NCBI RefSeq assembly: GCF_006345805.1
Contig: NC_043024.1
Coordinates: 15,872,001 to 15,936,000, forward strand
DNA from: Octopus sinensis
Lineage: Eukaryota
Length of the DNA stretch: 64,000 nt
Direction of reading: 5' to 3'
A program made the translations under genes and the position numbers. The first letter of the stretch is position 1. Every line of letters starts with the position of its first letter. Shown piece after piece: positions 1 to 11,117 of the stretch. Below the pieces are notes generated by a model. It searched no databases. It had not been told where the DNA came from and saw nothing but the letters and a program-made list of their open reading frames with translations.

Positions 1-439
1 GGGTCAAGCTCGACTAAAACATATGGTCAAATGCATTCTATCTATGATCATTCTGTCTTTTTGGGGTATAATACAACTACATTTTTCACTGTGTCCTACT
101 ATGTGTCAAATGGGAAGTTGATATCAATGAGATTTAGCTGTTATTTCTAGTTGATCAGGCAGCCATGTAGCTACTTCTCCAGTCTTGGGAATGACAATTA
201 AGGCCCAATGAAAATTGATTGGTGCTTGGCATGCTCATAACTCTGCCAGTTGCTGCCTTACTGGAGTTTAATATTATCTTTAGTGGAGTAAAACAAGGGG
301 TGTTATGTACCTTAATTATAGGAAGGTTAGGGTGATGGGGTGACAAGCACATAGGCAAACACCGTTATTTGTCTGTTACACTATACAACACATGCAGTTA
401 TTGTACTAATATATAATTCTTTTATTTCCTGTCAATTAG

Positions 440-507
440 AATCTGCTGATTGTGAAATGGCTGATGTTTACACATTGATGACTTTAGATGAAATCATGAA
501 TGGCAAG
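440..507 (+). CDS. GCLC: GCLC-like gene copy 1, third-last coding exon (SADCEMADVYTLMTLDEIMNGK)
   Basis: AG at 438-439 and GT at 508-509; translation matches the GCLC segment YTLMSIDTIINGK; phase 0 end joins 3320. Confidence 0.9.
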
Positions 508-542
508 GTAAAAAATATTTTTGATAAATCCTAAATCACATA

Positions 543-1053
543 CTGTAAATCCTCAAGTATAGTCCGCCCTTGAGTATAATACACAGGGGATTTTTAGGGG
601 TCTGTACCTCTGAAAAACCTAAACCTTGTGTATAATACGCACCCCTTCTCTAACTTGAGTCATGCGTAATTTAGCCAGCAACACCCAGTCAAGCAAACAC
701 TTCCGCGCATGCGTAATACAATAATAGCGATGTTCTTAACTGTTATATGGGAATGTAAATATGTTTGCAAATTGTTTTTGTTACATGTTATTCTGTGTTC
801 TGAATACTTTTATTTGAATAAATGTTACTTACTGCAAGCTATAGAAGATTCTTCTGTGCTTTCAAACTTAGCTTAAGGTATTTTCGCACCCGACATCACA
901 AAATGCGTCTGAATAAACATTGCCGGACAGCAAATAGAGACTTGGACATTGATTAGAAAATAATTTTCATTTCTAACCTCATATATAGTATGCACTAGGG
1001 ATTTTGGCCTTAAATTTTGGGGAAAAATGTGGATTATACTCAAGGATTTATGG
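543..1053. mobile_element. Tc1/mariner (pogo/Tigger-type) MITE
   Basis: Imperfect ~25 bp TIRs (ctgtaaatcctcaagtatagtccgc and gtggattatactcaaggatttatgg), TA on both sides. Confidence 0.75.
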
Positions 1054-1074
1054 TATTTTAGATTCTTCATTTAT

Positions 1075-1300
1075 CCATCTTCTCTACTCCCATGGTCTTC
1101 CTCAGAAATAGTGGCCAGAATCCTCAGGCACCGCCTTCATATGGTCTTATCAGAAGCAGCTGGCATCAGCTCTTCCAGCTGGATTACCAAGCATGACCAA
1201 ATGAGACTAAGGATGCTATCCAACCATTTTCTTGGCCTATCACTAGATTTCCTCCAGTTGACTCAACTTGAAGAATCCAACCTGTGATTGTTTCCCGTAA
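1075..1300 (-). mobile_element. Decayed LINE 3' fragment (RTE/L2-like C-terminus)
   Basis: Minus strand reads DRPRKWLDSI...RRCLRIL, resembling LINE GRPRKRWLD...WRRL ends; heavily degraded. Confidence 0.35.
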
Positions 1301-1724
1301 CATTATAGCCACATGTTGGTAGAACCAGAGCTGTGGCCTCTCAAAATGGAGAAGTAGAGTTTCAACTTAGAGTGACTCCCTGATCTCCGAGCTATGCACC
1401 CAGTCCAGTAAATTTATTCCAGATTGTGAATTTTAAAATTCGAAAATAGGTGGCTTGTTTTTATATCACTTTAAAACTCCTTTTGAGTAAAAGAATAATG
1501 TAAAATTCCAATTCCAAATAAATTGGTAATGGTCTGTATCATTAAGAATTAGTCTATGGGAAAGATCCCAGAGAGTTCCTCAAGTTCAATATGGTGTGAG
1601 GAATGAAGAATCCTCATGATAACAGAGGTTGTTAAATTCTCCCATGAAAACTTAGATTACCAGAATTGTTCACCTGTAGAGCTGAAGTGATTTCAAAAAC
1701 AGTGTCTCTTCCACCATACACATA

Positions 1725-1778
<54 letters not shown>

Positions 1779-2139
1779 TCTCTCAGGCACTCCAAACTGT
1801 GTGGCTTTGTTCCTGTGTTAGAAATCATCTTGATTTCAATAAAATACCAGACAATGTCTTAAGACTACTATTGTTTATCATTCTGCAGAAGCTATAATGC
1901 AAACCTAACAGTGCTGGCGCCATGAAAATCAACCTGAACATTCTAAGCATTTGGCAATTGATTCAAACAAGTGGATATTTTAGTCTTGCCGATGGCAAGG
2001 AGACCTCTACAATGCAGGTGCCATAAAAAGACACTCACTACACACAGTAAAGTGGTCGGTGCTCGGAAGAACATTAAGTTGTAGAAACCATGCCAAAACA
2101 GGCATGGAGCCTGGGCACTGCTTCAGCTAGCCAGCTTCT

Positions 2140-2373
2140 TATTTCTTTATTGCCCACAAGGGGCTAAACATAGAGGGGACAAACAAGGACAGACAAACGG
2201 ATTAAGTCAATTACATCGACCCCAGTGCGTTACTGGTACTTAATTTATCGACCCCGAAAGGATGAAAAGCAAAGTCAACCTCGGTGGAATTTGAACTCAG
2301 AACACAGTGGCGGATGAAATACCACAAAGCATTTTGTCCGGCATGCTAACGTTTCTGCCAGCTCGCCGCCTTA
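2140..2373 (-). mobile_element. tRNA-derived SINE family A, full copy with 15 bp TSD
   Basis: A-box TGGCAGAAACGTTAG and B-box GAGTTCAAATTCC on the minus strand; TSD agctagccagcttct at 2125-2139 and 2374-2388. Confidence 0.9.
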
Positions 2374-2544
2374 AGCTAGCCAGCTTCTGTCAAACCGTCC
2401 AACCCATGCCAGCATGAAAAATGGACGTTAAATGATAATGATGACAATAAAATTCTGTTCCCCTTCCCATTTTTGTAATATCTCTTTGCAACAAAAATAC
2501 CAATCTTTTATAATGATTTGGTGAACATCTCAATTCTTATCCCC

Positions 2545-2680
2545 CAATCAGAAAAAAACTCAAACTATTTTCAATTATTCTGATTGTATTCCACGCCGGA
2601 TGATTCCTCTAATTCAATTCCTCTCATATACAGGTATCACGGACTATTCCCATCTTCTGCAATTCATTGTCTGTCTTCCT

Positions 2681-2743
<63 letters not shown>

Positions 2744-3345
2744 TCTCCAAATTTTATGGTTTTGTCTCTGTTAGAAATCATTATGGCTTCATTAAAAGGT
2801 ATTTCAAAGAAAGTCATAAAAATATTCTAACCTTACAAAATGAAATCTTCCTCATTTAGATTTCCGTTTTTAAAATATTTCTTTCACTCAAAACATCAAA
2901 TTTTACAGCTTGGTTAACATCTCCAACAAAAAACTCAAACTGTTTTTAATAATTTTGGTTCCATTCCCAACAGAGAAGTTTCCTTGGATTAATTCCTCTT
3001 ATATACGTTGTATCACTGACTATTCCCATCATTCTCTGCAAATCCTTGTCTCTCCTCTCCTCACACGCTCTCTCACTCTGTGATTCTCCAAATTTTATGG
3101 TTTTGTCTATCTTAGAAATCATAGTTTCATTAAAAGGTATTTCAAAGAATGTCATAAAAATATTCTAACTTTAGAAAATGAAATTTTTGCTTACTTCTGT
3201 TTCCGTTTCTCAAATATTTCTCTTACCAAAAATATCAGGAAATTTTACAACCACTTGGTCAAAATCCCCAACAGAAAAACTCAAACTATTTCCTATTATT
3301 TTGATTCCATTCCCAACAGGATGATTTCCCTGGTTTAATTCCTCT
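2545..3345 (+). repeat. Diverged tandem repeat of ~350-380 bp (two units plus a partial third) carrying degenerate copies of the acceptor and start of exon 3320
   Basis: aaactcaaact...ttccattcccaacag...aattcctct recurs at about 2555, 2930 and 3275. Confidence 0.85.
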
Positions 3346-3437
3346 CATACACAAGTATTTCGATCTTATTGACTATGATGTCAATAACAGACGTAAAATG
3401 ATGCCATACCTACAATTTCTCTCAGACAAAGCTGCAG
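3320..3437 (+). CDS. GCLC: GCLC-like gene copy 1, penultimate coding exon (DDFPGLIPLIHKYFDLIDYDVNNRRKMMPYLQFLSDKAA)
   Basis: CAG acceptor, GTAAGA donor, 118 nt; aligns to GCLC FPGLIPILNSYL...YLKLIKKRASG. Confidence 0.93.
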
Positions 3438-3511
3438 GTAAGAGGATTCATTTGTTATTTTAAATGTATATTATATGTTTACTCTCCAATAATATTTCTT
3501 TTCCAATCTTA

Positions 3512-3739
3512 TTTCTTTATTGCACACAAGGGGCTAAACACAGAGGGGACAAACAAGGACAGACAAAGGTATTAAGTCGATTACATCGACCCAGTGCATA
3601 ACTGGTACTTAATTTATCGACCTCGAATGGATGAAAAGCAAAGTTGACCTCGGCGGAACTTGAACTCAGAACGTAACGGCAGACGAAATATTGTTAAGCA
3701 TTTCGCCCGGCGTGCTAACGTTTCTGCCAGCTCGCCGCT
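3512..3739 (-). mobile_element. SINE family A, full copy with 13 bp TSD. Further copies near 3800, 6720, 8035, 20835, 28820, 29340, 30105, 30430, 35150, 35385, 37815, 40880, 44010, 45730-46440, 47765, 51970 and 56510
   Basis: TSD ttttccaatctta at 3499-3511 and 3740-3752; same head, core and tail as 2140-2373. Confidence 0.9.
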
Positions 3740-4439
3740 TTTTCCAATCTTAAAACATGTTAGTGCTTTGGCCCGCATGTTTACTCTTAAAATGTTCGGG
3801 TAAGCTAGCAGAATTGTTAGCAGACTGGGTGAATTACTAAGTGGTATTCCTTCTGTCTTTACATTCTGAGTAGCATGTGTTCTGAGTTAAAATTCTGTTG
3901 AGGTCGATTTGGGCTTTTATCCTTTTGGGGTCGGTAGTTGGGCACGGGGTGTGGAGGTCGATGTAATTGAAGTACCCCCTCCCTAGTTTGTTCGAATTGG
4001 CTAGGTCCAGACATACACATAACATACAAACACACACCAACAGACACACACACACACACACAAACACATGCACTAACACACCCACACACGCGCTTACATG
4101 AAGTGTCCACTGTGGCACAAAAAGCTTTGATCCTGTTGTTGATGATTACCCCCTATAGTTCATAAAACCGTTGTCATTCTTTATGACGGGTGTACACTAG
4201 TTTACTTATGTTTAATCTTCCAATCAAATTATGTCCTGGGGTCTAATCATTCTATCACAGTTCGGTTTTAAACAATGTTTTCAAAACAGTTATCACAGCT
4301 AAAACGAATAAAGAAAAGAAACAATTAGGGCTTTATCTGTTTTTGTCTCAGATCCCGAAGTCAGGATATTGTTACAGAATACAGCAAAAATGTCCGTTTC
4401 AAATAAATAAACCATTTTTTATTTTCATTTAATTTATAG

Positions 4440-4606
4440 GAAAGATAATGACAATGGCCCAATGGACAAGACAGTTTGTAACAAATCATGAAGATTACAA
4501 GAATGACTCTGTTGTCAGTGAGAGAATCGCTTATGATTTTATGATGGAATGTGAGAAGATTGTCAACAACGAAGAAGGATGTCCTCAAGCATTTATCAAG
4601 CGTTAG
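4440..4606 (+). CDS. GCLC: GCLC-like gene copy 1, last coding exon (GKIMTMAQWTRQFVTNHEDYKNDSVVSERIAYDFMMECEKIVNNEEGCPQAFIKR*)
   Basis: TAG acceptor at 4437-4439, phase matches the previous exon, stop TAG at 4604-4606; aligns to GCLC [26 protein letters not shown]. Confidence 0.93.
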
Positions 4607-4725
4607 CAAAATCCTAATAACATCGACTGAAGTATTATCTGTTACGAGCTTCACTGAAAATGAGTTTAAAACTTTATATTTTATAAGAAAGCAGGCAAGC
4701 ATAGATAGATACAAGTATACACATG

Positions 4726-4775
4726 AATAAAGGACATAATGCGTTTCATATATTTTGTGCATGTATAGAAATAAA
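4726..4775 (+). terminator. Candidate polyadenylation signals of copy 1 (AATAAA at 4726-4731 and 4770-4775)
   Basis: Canonical hexamers 120-170 nt after the stop codon; the region is AT-rich, so chance matches are possible. Confidence 0.45.
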
Positions 4776-4976
4776 TTGTGATTTTACTCTCTAAGTAGCC
4801 AGGAAATAAATCGTAACATCGGATGGCAGTTTTTAGGAAATATTCTCTAAAATAGACCATCGAAAGAAGCTGGTCTTGGTACTTTATATAAAGTAGCGCA
4901 TTATCTGCCTGGATGTGAATCGTTGATAATTTTTATCCTCCGTCTTCCGTTTCTCTTGAACTTTCCTCCATCTCAT

Positions 4977-5011
4977 GTTTCTGACGAGGAGCTTTGCTCG
5001 AAACGTAAAAC
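4977..5011 (+). ncRNA. Minimal type I hammerhead ribozyme motif (Penelope-type)
   Basis: GTTT-CTGACGA-G-GAGC/TTT/GCTC-GAAA-CGTA-AAAC; helix I GTTT/AAAC; palindromic ACGT helix III. Confidence 0.7.
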
Positions 5012-5481
5012 TACCTTTCTTTCCTTCTCTGAGCGTCTGCTAATACTTTACATGTACCGCGTCCTCGCGTTGTTTTTTTTTTGTGTTCTTTTTTTTAATT
5101 CAATATAATTAATAATTTATATTCATGTTTTTTAATAATTGCTTGTATTCCTATTTTATATGCATTGAATAATATACTATATGTATTTATGTTATTATGG
5201 TTGTCGTTTTGATAAATAAATAAGTCAACATTTTAATGTTCTAAAGTTGATGAACCAACTAATGTGCTTCTCCATTTTCTTATTTGTAATATAAACTAAT
5301 GGTAAAATATTTCTTTACCTTCACCCATTTAATACAATAAGTAAGTTAATTGCAATGCTATTAAAACACTGGTGTATTAATAATTGGGTATTATACCAAC
5401 AGTATATTGGATAAATATTATCCTTTAGTGGGTTGGATCCACAACCCCTAACTTACTTGGTATATATATATATATATATTA

Positions 5482-5520
<39 letters not shown>

Positions 5521-5595
5521 TTAGGGAATAAATCCAAATTTACAGGGAAAAATCAGATTTAGGATTGAATCCAATTTTATAGTAAAATATTATAT

Positions 5596-5777
5596 TATAT
5601 TAAATTAGAGACAAAACTACTATTATGCAAATCAAACAAAGAAAGACTTAAGCCAATACATAAAATAATTTATATAAATTAAATTTAATTAAAATAACCA
5701 CTAAATTTATTTTATGTATTGGCTTAAGTCTTTCTTGTTTGATTTGCATAATAGTGGTTTTGTCTCTAATTTAATAT

Positions 5778-5778
<1 letters not shown>
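5596..5778. repeat. Inverted repeat with ~72 bp arms (5596-5668 and 5707-5778)
   Basis: Arms are reverse complements apart from one indel and one mismatch. Confidence 0.9.
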
Positions 5779-5835
<57 letters not shown>

Positions 5836-5929
5836 GATATTAATATAGATTATTTCTCCTTTTTTGCAGGAAAAAGCATATAGTGTTTTGCGAGTGGAGT
5901 GAGTTCTTCATCGATAGCTGGCGATTATC

Positions 5930-5972
5930 ACACGCTGAAGACGGGTAACCACTCAGAAACCCGGGTCTGTGT
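5930..5972 (+). ncRNA. Minimal type I hammerhead ribozyme motif
   Basis: ACACG-CTGAAGA-CGGGT/AACC/ACTCA-GAAA-CCCGG-GTC-TGTGT; helix III is the palindrome ACCCGGGT; first pair of stem II is mismatched. Confidence 0.65.
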
Positions 5973-6440
5973 GTATCACGTAAGGCTAGAGATAGGAGCG
6001 ATGACCTCTCCTCGCAAATACTAATTAGCCAGCTGGAAGATGATGTCTTCCTGAGGCTAAAAATAACAGTAACATCGTCCTGTATGGGATCGCCACATTT
6101 AATTTGCAAATATAATTTACGATATATGTATATGTATATAGTTACACAGACACACACGTTACATTATGAAACAGGGTCAAGTGAAAATTCCGTAAAAAAA
6201 TATACTAGAAATTATTATATTATATATATACACACACGCACGCGTGCGCCATACATCAACAAGGAAGTTCTAGTCAACGCCTTGTGTGTAAAATCAATTA
6301 CAAACCACATAACAAAATCGTTAACCTACCGTCGTTATTTTCCATTTTCGATATCTCTTCCTTGGCAAATGAACTTAGTTATCCATGCTCTTCTGTACTT
6401 TAAACCTCAATCTACTGGGTCGGTCGTTTGCTGAACGTTA

Positions 6441-6654
6441 CAGTAATCCTTCGCCATATCGAGGTTCACCTATCGCGGTTTATTATTTAAGCTTACATCG
6501 ATTCCTCCGTGGTGTTGTTTTGCATTTATAATAAAATGAATATATACAAATTATAAAAATAATAAGACATATACAGTACTGCTTCTACTTCGCGGATTTT
6601 CACCTATCGCGGGGATTTTGGAGCGTAACACCCGCGATAGACCAGGGATTACAG
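6441..6654. mobile_element. Tigger/pogo-type MITE (214 bp)
   Basis: TIRs cagtaatcctt and agggattacag, TA flanks, repeated internal cacctatcgcgg motifs. Confidence 0.75.
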
Positions 6655-7024
6655 TATTTGCATTACATCTTATCCCCTTTTAAAAATAGGATCACATTCA
6701 GTTATGAAGATCAAGATCAGTGTTTAGCACAAGGACTGATCCTGTTGAGAAAGGGTTCTGGTCGATTAAGTCAACTCAATACTCAACTAGTACGCATTTT
6801 ATTGATCTCTGAAAGGATGAAAAGCAGACGACCTCGGTGGAATTTGAACTCGAGATGTAAAAAGTATGAAGAAATTCCAAGGCTGGAGAGTAAATCAGCC
6901 GAAACATTATGGTAAAAACAAACAAGATGAGGACACATATCCATCCAATGTAAATAATGTAAATAATGTACAGAATTTCTCATCTCTAAAATATAGAACA
7001 GTATCATTCGTTCTCTTATCTTTT

Positions 7025-7275
7025 ATTTCATTCAGTCATTGGACTGCGGCTTTTTGGGGGGACCGCCTCGAGTTTTAATTGAATAGATCGCCACTAACAC
7101 TTATTTCTTAAGCCTGGGGCTAATTCTATGCAGAACCACTAAGTTACAAGGACGGAAAGAAGCCAACACTGTCAGATTGAAAGTGTGTGTGTGTGGGGGT
7201 GGGGTGCAAACTCAAGTACAAATATATATATATATACATATACGATGGGCTTCCACAGTGGTGGGGACAGACACA

Positions 7276-7317
<42 letters not shown>

Positions 7318-7475
7318 CGATGGGTTCCCGCACAATTTCCGCCCACCAAATTCAGTTACAAGGCATTGATCGCCCTCAAAGCTCTTGTAGAAGACACTTG
7401 CGCAAGGTTCCACTCAGTGGGGCTGAACCCGAAACTACGTGGCTGCAAAAGCGAGATTCTTAACCACTGAGCTAT
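7025..7475 (-). mobile_element. tRNA-derived SINE family C with an internal (TA)n/(CA)n tract. Other copies at 8147-8525, 8550-8750, 19730-19860, 25005-25408, 31510-31662, 39852-40077, 47985-48760 and 60580-60800
   Basis: Recurring head aggcgcaggagtggctgtgtggtaag...ggttcagtcccac and tail gcagtcaaatgactgaaacaag. Confidence 0.85.
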
Positions 7476-7921
7476 ACCTGAGTCTTTTGTACAATAAATA
7501 AGTAAATGTATAAATCTTTATGCGACCGCTGAACCTGAAATAAATTGCAACCAAAGCAAGATCACATTAAATGATGTGATCCTAGACACACCGTTTCGGA
7601 AAAATAGATAAATAAAAAAATATAAAAAGTATAAATAAATAAATAAATAAAAAACATAATGGTCACAGCTGTAAAACATTCAATCAAAACCGAGTTGGTG
7701 TCACCAGTAACAGCAAGAGCATTACTTTTACAAGCAGGTCTCACTATATACTTTTAATTTAGGGCGGACATTTTGAGGGCAGACATTTATATATTTATTT
7801 GTTGACGTCATTATTCAATATTATTATTATTTCCATAAGTAAATGATTCAGGTTTCAAATATTCCCCCCAAAAATCAATAAATATTAATATTATTTTCAG
7901 AATTCAGCTTTTATGTTTTAG

Positions 7922-8007
7922 ATAAACACATCCATATCTCACCTGCAGCTGTATCAACATATTTACCTGGTTCATCATTAGCAAACGCTGTCTTTTTCAA
8001 CATCAAG
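7922..8007 (+). other. Probable 5' UTR exon of GCLC-like copy 2
   Basis: TTTTAG acceptor, perfect AAG|GTAAGT donor, no ATG, lies upstream of the start-codon exon. Confidence 0.5.
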
Positions 8008-8355
8008 GTAAGTCTCGATTTTCATATTTATTTACTTAAGGCGGAAAGCTGAAAAAAATCGTTAGCACCTCGGCCAAAATTCTTTGTGGCATTTCGTCCG
8101 TCTTCACATTCTGCGCCCAAGTTCCGCCAAGATCGACTTTTACTCTTTTACTTGTTTCAGTCATTTGACTGTGGCCATGCTGGAGCACCGCCTTTAGTCG
8201 AGCAAATCGACCCCGGGACTTATTCTTTGTAAGCCTAGTACTTATTCTATCGGTTATTTTCGCCGAACCGCTAAGTTACGGGGACGTAAACACACCAGCA
8301 TTGGTTGTCAAGCGATGTTGGGGGGACAAACATATACACACACGCATATATATAT

Positions 8356-8420
<65 letters not shown>

Positions 8421-8763
8421 GCATATATACGATGGGCTTCTTTCCGTTTCCGTCTACCAAATCCACTCACGAAGCTTTGTTTGGCCCGAGGCTATAGTAG
8501 AAGACACTTGCCCAAGGTGCCATGCACTATATCTGTATCCTTTTTAAAACCCTTTTACTCTTTTCAGTCATTTGATTGCGGCCATGCTGGGGCACCACCT
8601 TGAAAGATTTTAGTCGAACAAATTGACCTAAAGACATATTATTTTTTGAAGCCTACTACTTATTCTATCGGTCTCTCATGCCGAACCGCTAACTTACGGG
8701 GATGTAAACACACAACAAATGGTTGCCAAGTGGTAATGGGAGGACAAACAGACACTCCCATCA

Positions 8764-9134
8764 TTTTTTCAATCTGCAGAGAAATGGTCAAAATTTGCTC
8801 TGTTTATAATTATACCTTATGTTGCATATTTATTATATCATATCTTGATACTGTTTGGACTAAGATCCCCGTTGACAGGCTGCTGGTATTTATAGAGTGT
8901 TAAATGCTTTCAGTATGCAAATTAGGGTCTCCTTCATAGAGTAACTGCTGCATTTGTTGAGTATGTAAACAGTTTCACTGCATTCTTCTCCGGGGACAGT
9001 AAGAATGATGTAGATGTCTCTGATGAGTTCTCAATAAGGTTCGAAAATCGATTAAGGTTGTTCGTTCTTTTTTTCAGTCTGCGGAGAAAGGGTTATAATT
9101 TTTCCTGTTTATAATTATACCATATGTTACATAT
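8764..9134 (+). repeat. 305 bp unit with ~70 bp direct terminal repeats, containing a hammerhead core at 9016-9058
   Basis: 8800-8829 and 9105-9134 are 28/30 identical; CTGATGA at 9020, GAAA at 9043, palindrome AATCGATT. Confidence 0.65.
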
Positions 9135-9413
9135 GATGGAATCTATAAATTTGTAACACATCGCTACGCGTGTTTGCACAAATCACGTGATTTTAATACA
9201 TGATGTTAAATTAAGCTGAAACATATTAATTAATTGTACTTTCGCTGTATATTGAATAATTTAAATAAGATAGGGTTTTATATTTCTATGGCGTGAAAAG
9301 GTTTTACACGTTAAAGTTTCCCATTTTCTTTCATTTCTATTTAGAGCCTTTACTGAAAAGAGAAGATCAGAGTTAAACTGACTGAAAGAAACGTTTGTCA
9401 GTCAAAAATACAG

Positions 9414-9563
9414 ATGGTTTTTGTTATAGATGGCACCCTAATGGCATGGGAGGAGATTAAACTCTATATTCCACTTGTCAAGAACCAAGCAAGAATGCAG
9501 TTTGTTCATCAATACAAGAAATATAAGGACCTGAAAAACTACCCATTTTATTGGGGTGATGAG
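9414..9563 (+). CDS. GCLC: GCLC-like copy 2, coding exon 1 (MVFVIDGTLMAWEEIKLYIPLVKNQARMQFVHQYKKYKDLKNYPFYWGDE); exon probably starts at 9345
   Basis: 50 codons ending in WGDE|GTAAGT, as in GCLC exon 1; in-frame TGA upstream at 9354-9356. Confidence 0.92.
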
Positions 9564-9609
9564 GTAAGTTTTTGACATACAGTTCTTTTCGGTATAAACT
9601 AACTCCTAT

Positions 9610-9915
9610 GATTTAAAAAAAAAACTTTTACCATGATGTTTGAAAGTAGAATAGAAGACGCACACGTGTTTAAGACGGAAAAATGCGCCAATCTGGCCAA
9701 CAGCTTGACGGAAGCAAACTTCCGGGTAAAGGTTTTCGCTAAAAAGGTCGAGGCCGTAGGTTTTGTGGGTAAATCTGCTTACGATCAGATGAAACAACTC
9801 TCAGTCTGTGGGAAGAATAGGATCAAAGCCCTAAAGGCAATATCAGAGACAGTGGAGACGTTTTCCAGCTGGATCTCGTCGAGGAGTAACAAAACCCTCT
9901 ATTCCGGTTGAAGGC
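9610..9915 (+). mobile_element. 3' fragment of a HERO/NeSL-like REL-endonuclease non-LTR retrotransposon
   Basis: ORF 9633-9911 (FESRIEDAHVFKTEKCANL...VEAVGFVGKS...KALKAISETVETFSSWI) follows the ELTVPWE..AHERK..KY..VEVGCRGF..SFWLW pattern of these elements. Confidence 0.7.
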
Positions 9916-10488
9916 AATATTTTTGTATTTTAATGCCAAGAGAAGTAACTTTGAATGAGCCATTGCGATAGCGCTGACGTTTCACCGCAACCATGACAAC
10001 CAACTTCATTTCTTCTTCAAGTATAAATTTGAAAACTGAATCAACGGGGAGGAGTACCAACTAGATGAAATCTCCAAGCGGTTTAAATGCATAAGTCTCC
10101 GATATCCAAGAGGCTAAAAAGTGTCGGCAGATGGACACCGAGGAGTCATGACCTGGATGCGACCGAGCTCGGCCCGGTCCGACCCTTTTAGAGTATAGGA
10201 AGAGACGAAACACTTTCAAGGGTGGGTGTTTCTTCTCTGAAGACCTTCTGCTTTCAGATCTCTTGAGAGTTTCTGACGGTGAAAAGCACGATAATTCACT
10301 TTTGAAGAAATGAATACGGGTAAAACACCAAGTTTCCAGATACCGATCGTCCAGAACATCTTATAATCAACACCAATTTACGAGCAGGAACTTCAAATGG
10401 CCGCGGCCGCCAGACGAGCTTACTGGGACCTTGCACAGACTAATAACTTAATAACAGTACAGTAGTAATAAACTTGTATCATTTATAC

Positions 10489-10736
10489 GAGTGGTTCTCA
10501 ACAGAGGGTCCATATGACCCTTGGTGGTGGGGGACATATAACATTTTGTTGTTAAAGCTCAGGCGCCATATATTCGTTATACTTCTATAATAAACAAAAT
10601 AGTTTAATTTTTTAAATACAATTCCTGATAATATATGATCATAAAAATATAATAGGATTTTTCAAACATCAAATAGCTAAGAGGGTCTACCCGAGGAATA
10701 TAGGGTTCGTAGGAAATAAATGGTTGCGAACCACCG
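10489..10736. mobile_element. hAT (Charlie-type) MITE; end fragments of the same type near 24614 and 60560
   Basis: TIRs gagtggttctcaac and gttgcgaaccaccg; 8 bp flanks atttatac and atttattt (6/8 match). Confidence 0.65.
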
Positions 10737-11117
10737 ATTTATTTTAATGTACAGATACCTTTATTTCATTTAATTATTTAAGTAAATTCAATATTTGATT
10801 TAGTGTATGTCGACTAAGGTGCCCACCCCCGGTTCGGAAAACTCACTATTCCGGAAAGGCTTTGGAACGAAAGACTCCGGAAATTCAATGGTGTGCCCGC
10901 AATAAAGAAGTTACACATTTTTGAAGACGTAGATGATTTTAGCCCCGAAAACTACAAAACATTAGGCATTCCACTTCTCACAGCAATTAAAATATATAAC
11001 ATTCTGTCTTCGATCTTTTTCTCACTAATTTTTATATATTGTATATTTTTATAGCTTGATCATTATATAAATTCTTATATACTTCACATCATATATTTTA
11101 TGCATATTGTGTATATC

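Noticed and set aside
4361-4762. 133 aa minus-strand ORF
   Set aside because: Antisense shadow of the last GCLC exon of copy 1.
7144-8603. Many short ORFs with YIYI, HTHT or CVCV runs (also 19411-20110, 28309-28634, 40126-40447, 47947-48573)
   Set aside because: Translations of dinucleotide and tetranucleotide microsatellites and SINE bodies.
10000-10430. GC-richer segment after the HERO-like fragment
   Set aside because: Probably repeat-derived, but I found no recognisable motif, termini or ORF to support a call.
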